In this document: piece after piece, positions 1-7,062 of the stretch
Position numbering within the stretch: position 1 is the stretch's first letter
Layout of the letters: each line of letters starts with the position of its first letter
IMG/VR virus record: IMGVR_UViG_3300016467_000262
Location: 1-25,310 of that record
From: a virus
Taxonomy: Duplodnaviria > Caudoviricetes
Direction: 5' to 3' (one strand)
DNA length: 25,310 nt
Position numbers and translations under genes: made by a program
Notes under the pieces: model-generated
What the model saw: the letters and a program-made list of their open reading frames with translations, nothing else
Databases searched by the model: none
What the model was told of the DNA's origin: nothing

Positions 1-500
1 CCGTGGTCGGGCATCTGTACCATAGCATTCATATAGAAGTGCGGAAGTTCAAAGTGTCCAAAAATGTATTTGGCTTTCTTCTTACCAATTGCTTTCCATT
101 CTTCTCCTACAAGCCACGGACATAACATGACATCTCCCACAATAGTAGGCTCATGAACAACAGTAATACCAGGAATATACTTTCCAAACTCCACAGAGTG
201 TATATCCCGCTTGTCTTTGTAATACAAGTCATGATTACCAGGAAAGAAAAAGAACTGGTTAAACGCCTCGCCCAGCTTTTCCAAGGCCCGCAAGCTGTAA
301 TCCATAGTAGTAATGTTAAGGCTATTACGATTATGGTGCCAGTCACCCATAAAGATACCTGTATCACATCCTTCCTCCTTGGCTTTAGCAATGTACCAGT
401 CTACAAAATCCTCGCAGTCTTTGTTATGAATACTACTATTTGATTTTAGACCAAAGTGGATGTCTGTAAAACAGGCAACTTTTTTAAACAAATTACTCAT
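1..500 (-). CDS. gp47: Recombination endonuclease subunit, T4 gp47 / Mre11 / SbcD-like metallophosphoesterase (3' end runs off the window)
   Basis: Absent from the ORF track because it is truncated. Manual translation from the ATG at 500 gives MSNLFKKVACFTDIHFGLKS...GIFMGDWHHNR...FPGNHDLYYK...IFGHFEL..., i.e. the DxH, GDxxH, GNHD and GH phosphoesterase motifs. The start overlaps the gp55 stop (ATGAGTAA). gp55 lies near gp47 in T4-like phages. Confidence 0.9.
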   Translation of the reverse strand, partial: MSNLFKKVACFTDIHFGLKSNSSIHNKDCEDFVDWYIAKAKEEGCDTGIFMGDWHHNRNSLNITTMDYSLRALEKLGEAFNQFFFFPGNHDLYYKDKRDIHSVEFGKYIPGITVVHEPTIVGDVMLCPWLVGEEWKAIGKKKAKYIFGHFELPHFYMNAMVQMPDH

Positions 501-1332
501 CTTGTCCTTCCGAATAGCGTTTAAGGGCTGCTTCATGCTCGCCTTGCCCTGTTCTGCTGTAACTAGGATTCATGCCGTTTATTTCTAATATGTCGTCACG
601 AATATTTTGATTACGTTTTTCAATATTAATAACACGAACAAAACTATTAGTAACTGCGGCAGTAAAATAGGCAAACGGGTTATCAGATTTGCTTTCATCA
701 AACTGTAATCCTATCTGTGTTAGTTGTAAAATTGCTTGACCTTTCATTTCGTCGTTATAGGTATAACCACGAACGTTACCTCTGGTAGCATATCTTTCAC
801 AGAGTTTAATCATCATTTTAGCGAGTCCGTTTGTTATTTGTCCGGCATCTTTGTCAAAATGCCCTTTTTCTAAATCGCCCCGCCAATGACTTTTGCCAAC
901 ACATTCTAGTTCATCATTTTCGTTAAACTTCCAGTGCTGGAAAGGCGGAAAATTAACTTTATCTCGTCCGTCTGCAACTGTCTTAGGATTCTTTTTTCTA
1001 GTAGTATTAGTAGGGATATGATCATAAGTCATAATCCTAAAAATCAAATCTTGTTTGGCAATTTTTTTATAGTCTACTTCGCAATCGGCAATTTTTACTT
1101 TTTCTCCCGATGCTTTTCTTCTTGCATAATCTTCGTCAGCCAACCGTTTTGCTTTGTTTCTTTTGGCTTCTGCTATTGTTCTAATATTAACTTTTTCTAA
1201 ACTTGGTAAAATTATATCGTATTGATGGTATGAGGGATCTTTAAAACTACAATATGTGCTTTTAGACCTATGTATCTCTGCCAACATATCCTTATTGTTT
1301 AGATAATTTACTTTTGGTGTTGTTATTGTCAT
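493..1332 (-). CDS. gp55: T4 gp55-like late-transcription sigma factor with a large internal insertion (279 aa)
   Basis: N-terminal VNYLNNKDMLAEI resembles gp55 YNYVNNKELLQAI. The C-terminal half ERYATRGNVRGYTYNDEM...QFDESKSDNPFAYFTAAVTNSFVRVINIEK resembles the gp55 region-2 block (NFDETKYKNPHAYIT...NAFVQRIKKE). GGAG lies ~11 nt upstream of the ATG. Confidence 0.88.
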   Translation of the reverse strand: MTITTPKVNYLNNKDMLAEIHRSKSTYCSFKDPSYHQYDIILPSLEKVNIRTIAEAKRNKAKRLADEDYARRKASGEKVKIADCEVDYKKIAKQDLIFRIMTYDHIPTNTTRKKNPKTVADGRDKVNFPPFQHWKFNENDELECVGKSHWRGDLEKGHFDKDAGQITNGLAKMMIKLCERYATRGNVRGYTYNDEMKGQAILQLTQIGLQFDESKSDNPFAYFTAAVTNSFVRVINIEKRNQNIRDDILEINGMNPSYSRTGQGEHEAALKRYSEGQDE

Positions 1333-1355
1333 CCTTGATTAATCTCCGATGTTAC

Positions 1356-1384
1356 ATTATAAACTACGCACTTTATTAAGTCAA
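1356..1384 (-). promoter_or_regulatory. Near-consensus sigma70-type promoter directed at the gp55-gp47 unit
   Basis: The minus strand reads TTGACT (1384-1379), 17 nt, TATAAT (1361-1356). The predicted start near 1349 gives a short leader containing GGAG before the ATG at 1332. Confidence 0.8.
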
Positions 1385-1391
1385 ATAAATA
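1359..1391 (+). promoter_or_regulatory. Putative bipartite late promoter, copy 1 (ATAAACTACGCAC-N12-AATAAATA), upstream of the baseplate operon
   Basis: AATAAATA (1384-1391) matches 7 of 8 bases of the T4 late -10 box TATAAATA. The upstream 13-mer is repeated exactly, with the same spacing, at 7012. AGGA RBS at 1403-1406, ATG at 1414. Confidence 0.7.
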
Positions 1392-1413
1392 CATTACCAA
1401 ACAGGAAACATAT

Positions 1414-2415
1414 ATGAGTTTATTCAGCTTAGGACAATCTTTATCCTCTACTATCGGTGCAGCCAGTACAACTTTTGGCGCAGTCCAAAATGCTATAGGT
1501 GTGGCTGGTAATCTTGCTAATTCTATTGGCAATGCAGGCGATGTTGCCACCGCGGCACGCATGGCATTATCTGGTTTACCAGCGGCAGGTGAAGCAGTAG
1601 GTGATGTTCTTAGTGCAGTCTCCTTGTTTTCCGATACTGGTAACAGTAAAGATTGGCGTGTACGATTGAGTTTGCCTAACTGGTCCAGCTTTAAAAGTAG
1701 CCCAGTGTTGAAACCTCTTAAAGATGCAGGAGGTTTTGTGTTTCCTTATACACCAGATATAACACTATCTGGCAGCGCAAAATATACACAGATCCAAACA
1801 ATACACAGTAATTATCCTTTTAATGCTTACGAAAGTAGCAGTCCTGGACAAATTAGCATTACAGCACCAATGTATGTAGAGGATTCGGCGCAGGCTTTGT
1901 ATTGGATTGCGGCATTACACTATTGCCGTTCAGTTACAAAAATGTTTACCGGGTTCGATCCAAAAGCCGGCAATCCTCCACCGATTGTTTTCTTAAACGG
2001 TTACGGAAATTACGTGTTCAAAAATGTTCCAGTTGCAATTACACAGTTCCAAGTGCAACTAGGAAAAGATTGTGATTATATCAGTTGCGACGTTGTTGGT
2101 AGCGCAGCAGGAGCAGTAGCCGGTATTACTGATAGTATTGGAGGTCTAGCTAGCACATTAGGCGGAGCTATTCCGGGACTAAGCGGAATTACTAGTACAG
2201 TCGGTAATATTGCTGGAGGTATAGGTCAAGTTGCTAGTTTAGCTGGCACATTTGGCCTCGGCGGATCAACATCAGGCGGAAAAGCCTACGTTCCAACAAA
2301 GAGTTCATTTACAATTACATTACAAACAATGTACAGTAGAACAAGTGTAAGAACTTTCAGCTTAGACAGATTTGTAACAGGCGGTTACATGACAAATTCT
2401 TTTGGATATGTATAA
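1414..2415 (+). CDS. Baseplate/tail-tube initiator-like protein (gp48/gp54 or CIS tube-fold type), 333 aa
   Basis: The core FVFPYTPDIT...HSNYPFNAY...PPPIVFLNGYGNYVFKNVPVAITQFQV...DYI...VPTKSSFTITL has the PPxVxLxxxG plus beta-strand pattern of tube-initiator proteins. It is the first gene before LysM, hub and spike genes and has an AGGA RBS. Confidence 0.55.
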   Translation: MSLFSLGQSLSSTIGAASTTFGAVQNAIGVAGNLANSIGNAGDVATAARMALSGLPAAGEAVGDVLSAVSLFSDTGNSKDWRVRLSLPNWSSFKSSPVLKPLKDAGGFVFPYTPDITLSGSAKYTQIQTIHSNYPFNAYESSSPGQISITAPMYVEDSAQALYWIAALHYCRSVTKMFTGFDPKAGNPPPIVFLNGYGNYVFKNVPVAITQFQVQLGKDCDYISCDVVGSAAGAVAGITDSIGGLASTLGGAIPGLSGITSTVGNIAGGIGQVASLAGTFGLGGSTSGGKAYVPTKSSFTITLQTMYSRTSVRTFSLDRFVTGGYMTNSFGYV

Positions 2416-2416
2416 T

Positions 2417-2716
2417 ATGGCAACTTATAGTAACCTCAGTCCTTGGTTTAATACAGAAGTTAAAGAAGATTATCTTGATGTATTAACAATTAGACCTGTT
2501 AGTGCAGAACCAGACGATGTAAAATGGGTTATTACAGCACCATATGCTTACAGACCAGATATGCTTGCTTATGACTTATACGGTGAGCCGGCATTGTGGT
2601 GGGTGTTTATTCAACGAAATCTCGATGTATTACAAGATCCTGTTTATGATTTTGTCCCAGGAGTAGAAATTTATATTCCTAAAAACAGTAGCTTAAGAAC
2701 AGTTTTAGGCATTTAA
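2417..2716 (+). CDS. gp53: gp53-like / LysM-type baseplate wedge protein (99 aa)
   Basis: RPDMLAYDLYGEPALWWVFIQRN...PGVEIYIP is the gp53/tail-X LysM signature. The ATG at 2417 follows the upstream stop after 1 nt (TAAtATG), so it is preferred over the TTG at 2402. Confidence 0.8.
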   Translation: MATYSNLSPWFNTEVKEDYLDVLTIRPVSAEPDDVKWVITAPYAYRPDMLAYDLYGEPALWWVFIQRNLDVLQDPVYDFVPGVEIYIPKNSSLRTVLGI

Positions 2717-2717
2717 T

Positions 2718-5045
2718 ATGGCATTAGATAATTTATCCGGCATAATCAACTCTGCCACTAACGCAGTAAGCACAGCTAAAAACAGTCTTTCAAGTTTTGG
2801 CCCTGCATCTGGGTTATCTGCGATTGGAGATAAAATTAGTGGAGCACTATCTGGTGCATTGGGTTCTGTTTCAGAAAGTATTGGAAATATTTTTGCCGGA
2901 TCGGCACTTGGCGTAGTACAGTCAGACAAGAAACTACCAATGCCAAATGTTTTACACGACTATGCTAGCTACAACTGTTTATTTTCTATTGGCTGTCTAG
3001 ACGCTAACAGTTTTAACTTTCCTGACCAATCATATTTTGCCGGCAAATATCCTCCTTGGATTTTAAAAAGTGCCAATGCTGATCCTAACAATCGAATAAA
3101 CACAGCCGCTGGAAAATTTGATTTTTATATTGACAATGTACAAATTGTCGGCCAATATGGATTTGAAAAATCAACAGGGAATACTAATAGCACAAATTTA
3201 GAATTTCAAATAATTGAACCTTATAGCATGGGCTTGTTCATGGCAGCAGTACAACAAAGTGCATATGAACAAGGGTATCTGAATTATACTGATGCAGTAT
3301 TTTTATTAATGATTGAATTTAGAGGAGCGGATCAAGCAGGGAATATGAAAATGGTCCCTGGTACAAGAAAATTCATTCCTTTTAGATTTAATAATTTAAT
3401 TTTTAAAGTAACTGCTGGCGGCAGTACTTACAATGTCGTAGCAACAATTGCAAATGCCGTTGCATTAAACGACACTTACAAACTAGTCAAGAATGATGTT
3501 TCTATTAAAGGCAAAACTGTTCAAGAAATTTTACAAACAGGTGAACAAAGTTTGCAAGTGGTTGCTAACGCAAGATATAAACAGCAAAAAGAGGATGGGC
3601 AAGTTGCAGTACCTGATGAAATTTTAATTTTATTTCCTAATGATATTTCTTCTGCTGCCGGAGGAGGTTCTTCATCTGGTGCAAAAGAGAATGATACACC
3701 GGCAACTACAGGCAGTACCGCAGCTCAAGAAAGCGGATCTGGTATATTTCAAAAATTAGGAGTAACTAGAAGTTCGTCTAACAAAACACTAGTACAAGGC
3801 GCCGGAGATTGTAACCCATTAGGCAGAGCTAGCCTTGGTTTTAATGCAGAACGCCCAGGAGACAAACCACTAACAAATGTCGCCGATCATTATGACGAAA
3901 AAACAAAAACATATGTTAGAGGCAAAGTTGTAAGTGATCCAAAAGAAGTTGTAATGCAGTTTCCACAAGGATCAGATATTGTTAATATTATTAACCAAGT
4001 TTTGATTAAAAGCGATGCATCTAAACAAGCATTAGATCCTGGACAACTAAGCACAGAAGGCATGCGTCCATGGTGGAAGATTGATGTAAAAACTTATGAT
4101 ATTCCAAGTAACGCTAACATGAAAACAACGGGACAAATTCCTCGTTTGATAGTTTATAGAGTTATTCCTTATAAAGTTCATGCCAGTAGAATGTTGCCTC
4201 CTAATGCACCTGCTCCGGGAATTACAGAACTTAAAAAACAAGCCGCTAAAGAATACAATTATATCTATACAGGAAAAAATGTTGATATATTAAAATTTGA
4301 TATTGAAATTAAAAATACTTTTTACAACCCTGTATTAGCTGATAGCGGAAACCGAACTGCTGACAAAAAACAAGCCAAAGCAGCCGGAGAAGATATTAAT
4401 GCTGATCGTCCAGAAACAAAGATAGAACCTCCCCAAGGAAATTTACCAACAAGAGATGCTCAGCCAACAAAAATGTTGCCGTCTATGACTTCTACAAGTA
4501 CAGACGGTAAAGGTGGCACAAGAGGAGAAACACCGGCTAATAGAGTTGCTAGAATGTTCCATGATTCGTTAACTTACGGTCAGGATATGATGAATATTGA
4601 ACTAGAAATTGTCGGCGATCCTTACTGGATTGCTAATAGCGGCAAAGGAAACTATGTTGATAACCCTACTAATTTAATCAATGTTACTAAAGACGGTAGT
4701 GTTAACTATGTTAATAGTGAAGTTGATGTGGTAATCAATTTTAGAACTCCTACAGATATTAATCAAGCAACAGGTTTGTACGAACTTAAAAATACAAAAA
4801 TTGTTAATAGTTTTAGTGGACTTTATAGAGTTAGTACCATAAGAAGTTATTTTTCTAAAGGAACATTTAGACAAGTATTAGTTTGCCATAGACGTCAAGG
4901 ACAAGATATTAAAGCTTCTCCAAACTCTAAAACATTATACACTACTAAAGAAACTGTTCCTACAAGTACTGGATCTGGTTCAACAGAATTAAGGACGCCG
5001 GCCGAAGTACAAGCCAGCAAAGACTTAGGTGATTTCCCAGGATAA
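2718..5045 (+). CDS. Baseplate hub protein (gp27 / phage late-control D / VgrG-hub-like), 775 aa
   Basis: C-terminal IELEIVGDPYWI...FSGLYRVSTIRSYFSKGTFRQVL resembles the terminal barrel of gp27/GPD hubs. It lies between the gp53-like and spike genes, with a TAAtATG junction. Confidence 0.6.
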   Translation: MALDNLSGIINSATNAVSTAKNSLSSFGPASGLSAIGDKISGALSGALGSVSESIGNIFAGSALGVVQSDKKLPMPNVLHDYASYNCLFSIGCLDANSFNFPDQSYFAGKYPPWILKSANADPNNRINTAAGKFDFYIDNVQIVGQYGFEKSTGNTNSTNLEFQIIEPYSMGLFMAAVQQSAYEQGYLNYTDAVFLLMIEFRGADQAGNMKMVPGTRKFIPFRFNNLIFKVTAGGSTYNVVATIANAVALNDTYKLVKNDVSIKGKTVQEILQTGEQSLQVVANARYKQQKEDGQVAVPDEILILFPNDISSAAGGGSSSGAKENDTPATTGSTAAQESGSGIFQKLGVTRSSSNKTLVQGAGDCNPLGRASLGFNAERPGDKPLTNVADHYDEKTKTYVRGKVVSDPKEVVMQFPQGSDIVNIINQVLIKSDASKQALDPGQLSTEGMRPWWKIDVKTYDIPSNANMKTTGQIPRLIVYRVIPYKVHASRMLPPNAPAPGITELKKQAAKEYNYIYTGKNVDILKFDIEIKNTFYNPVLADSGNRTADKKQAKAAGEDINADRPETKIEPPQGNLPTRDAQPTKMLPSMTSTSTDGKGGTRGETPANRVARMFHDSLTYGQDMMNIELEIVGDPYWIANSGKGNYVDNPTNLINVTKDGSVNYVNSEVDVVINFRTPTDINQATGLYELKNTKIVNSFSGLYRVSTIRSYFSKGTFRQVLVCHRRQGQDIKASPNSKTLYTTKETVPTSTGSGSTELRTPAEVQASKDLGDFPG

Positions 5046-5048
5046 TAA

Positions 5049-6578
5049 ATGGCAGAAGATATTAACAGCGGTGAACAAGCATCAATTCCAGAGCTTCCTT
5101 GTATTGCAAGAGTAGTAAGTCACGGCGACTCAACGTATATGGGTAAACTTCGTGTTGAACTTTTAAAAGACGTTGGTAACAATAACGAAACACAACCTGG
5201 TCAAATTATCGAGGTAAACTATCTAAGTCCTTTCTTTGGAACAACTAGCGAAGATTATCTAGGAGAAGATCCAGACGACTATAACAACACACAAAAAAGT
5301 TATGGTATGTGGATGATACCACCTGACCCCGGTACCTACGGATTTGTTATTTTCCACCAAGGAAAAATTGAAAGAGGATTTTGGATAGGAGGAATTCCTA
5401 ACAATACAGGTGTTAATTTTATGATGCCAGGTATTGCCGCTACAAAATTTAATAATGACGATTCTAGCAAAAGGCTTCCAGTTGCAGATTTAAACAGAAA
5501 AGCATTAGCGTCAGTTCCAGATGATACAAAAGCATTAAAACCTAGACACCCTTTGGCAGATGCATTAGAGTCTCAAGGACTATTGGAAGATGACACACGA
5601 GGAATAACTTCAAGTAGTGCAAGAAGAGAAGTGCCCAGCATGGTATTTGGTATTAGCACGCCAGGACCGTTTGATAAGCAATCAGGGTCTAAAGAAGGCG
5701 AAGCCGGCGAAGCACCAAATAAAAAGAATGTACCTGTAAGTCATCTGGGCGGAACAACTTTCGTCATGGACGATGGTGATGACAAGTACATTAGAGATAC
5801 TGCACCGACTGATGGCCCGCCAAAATATATTGCGAAAGAGCAAGGCGAAGAAGGCGGCGAAGTAACTATTCCTCACAACGAGCTTGTTAGAATTCGTACA
5901 AGAACCGGTCATCAAATTTTACTTCATAATAGTGAAGATTTAATTTATATTACTAACAGTCGAGGTACGGCTTGGATAGAAATGTCTAGTGATGGCAAAA
6001 TTGACATTTATTCTCAAGATAGTATAAGTTTAAGAACAGAAAATGATTTTAATTTTTACGCTGACAGAGACTTTAATTTAGAAGTTGGACGTAACATTAA
6101 TATCAAAGCAGCCGAAAGAATACAAGTAGAATCAGGAGCTGATACAAATGTAATAGCTGGAGCTGATGGGAAAATAACTGTTGCTGGAAAATTTGATTTA
6201 AACACTGGTTCTACAAATAAATTTACATCAGGCGGAGACTGCCATATACTTGCCGGGAATACTGCAATTGATGGTGGAAATATTAACTTAAATTCAGGAG
6301 TTGCAACTTCTGCAGATTCTGCAGAACCTCTTTCTACATTTGAAAATCCTACAGAAACAGAAGGTACAACTATAGAAAGTATTATGTTGCGTATACCAAC
6401 AACAGAACCGTATCCGCACCATGAAAACCTTGATGCAACTCTATTCAAAACAGATTTGACAGATAGAGAATCAGGAAGCGCAATCGAAGTACCAGAGTAC
6501 TGGAAAAAATATTCAACTGAAACTGATACATTTGAACAAATTACTCCGCCTGAAGAAAATCAAGAAGAGGATCAATAA
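5049..6578 (+). CDS. gp5: gp5-like baseplate central spike (OB-fold plus beta-helix, no lysozyme domain seen), 509 aa
   Basis: OB-fold motifs IARVVSHGD...GKLRV and GMWMIPPDPGTYGFVIF..G...GFWIG, followed by RTRTGHQILL...WIEMSSDGKIDI and ~8-residue beta-strand repeats (DFNFYADRDFNLEVGRNINIKA). Directly followed by gp25. Confidence 0.8.
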   Translation: MAEDINSGEQASIPELPCIARVVSHGDSTYMGKLRVELLKDVGNNNETQPGQIIEVNYLSPFFGTTSEDYLGEDPDDYNNTQKSYGMWMIPPDPGTYGFVIFHQGKIERGFWIGGIPNNTGVNFMMPGIAATKFNNDDSSKRLPVADLNRKALASVPDDTKALKPRHPLADALESQGLLEDDTRGITSSSARREVPSMVFGISTPGPFDKQSGSKEGEAGEAPNKKNVPVSHLGGTTFVMDDGDDKYIRDTAPTDGPPKYIAKEQGEEGGEVTIPHNELVRIRTRTGHQILLHNSEDLIYITNSRGTAWIEMSSDGKIDIYSQDSISLRTENDFNFYADRDFNLEVGRNINIKAAERIQVESGADTNVIAGADGKITVAGKFDLNTGSTNKFTSGGDCHILAGNTAIDGGNINLNSGVATSADSAEPLSTFENPTETEGTTIESIMLRIPTTEPYPHHENLDATLFKTDLTDRESGSAIEVPEYWKKYSTETDTFEQITPPEENQEEDQ

Positions 6579-7015
6579 TGAACTCAAATTTATATGACAA
6601 AATAGTGCTTAAAGGGAAGCAAACAACTGATACTATTTCTCCTAAAATGTATAAAGGGTTTAGTACAATTAGCCCAGATGCCGAAAACTTTGGTCTGTAC
6701 GATTTTGCTTTAATCAAGCAAGACTTAATTAATCATTTTAGTACAAGACAAGGTGAGCGTCTCATGAATCCTAGTTTTGGAACAGTTATCTGGGATTTAT
6801 TATTTGAACCTTTGACAGAGGAAATTAAGTTTATCATAACTGAAAACGTTAATAAAATTATTAATTATGATCCTCGTGTTAATGCAAAAGAAGTTATAGT
6901 TACTGCATACGAATCTGGAATACAAATTCAATGTTTCTTAGAATATCGCCCTTATAACATTCAACAAGCATTGGAATTCCGCTTTGATCAACAAAACGGT
7001 TTAATGTTGAGATAA
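6578..7015 (+). CDS. gp25: gp25 / GPW-family baseplate wedge subunit, 145 aa
   Basis: LIKQDLINHFSTRQGERLMNPSFGTVIWDLLFEP...YDPRV is the classic gp25 signature. TAATG overlap with the spike gene. Confidence 0.93.
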   Translation: MNSNLYDKIVLKGKQTTDTISPKMYKGFSTISPDAENFGLYDFALIKQDLINHFSTRQGERLMNPSFGTVIWDLLFEPLTEEIKFIITENVNKIINYDPRVNAKEVIVTAYESGIQIQCFLEYRPYNIQQALEFRFDQQNGLMLR

Positions 7016-7044
7016 ACTACGCACATAATTTTATTCAATAAATA
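7012..7044 (+). promoter_or_regulatory. Putative bipartite late promoter, copy 2, upstream of gp6
   Basis: ATAAACTACGCAC (7012-7024), 12 nt, AATAAATA (7037-7044). AGGA RBS at 7053-7056, ATG at 7063. Both boxes and the spacing are identical to 1359-1391, while the spacer sequence differs. Confidence 0.7.
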
Positions 7045-7062
7045 TAGTTATTAGGACGAATC

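Noticed and set aside
107-443. ORF-track entries 107..391 (-) and 153..443 (+)
   Set aside because: Off-frame or antisense shadows of the gp47-like gene (1..500, minus), which carries clear catalytic motifs.
1329-1562. 77-aa minus-strand ORF spanning the divergent intergenic region
   Set aside because: Mostly antisense to the 1414 gene and crosses the promoter region. No recognisable motif or RBS.
2402-2416. TTG start at 2402 for the gp53-like gene
   Set aside because: The ATG at 2417 sits 1 nt after the upstream stop, the same TAAtATG junction seen at 2714-2720.
7008-7038. Possible antisense sigma70 promoter in motif copy 2 (TTGAAT on the minus strand)
   Set aside because: The -10 position reads TTATCT or TATCTC, a poor match. 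This also argues that the shared motif is not simply a duplicated sigma70 promoter.
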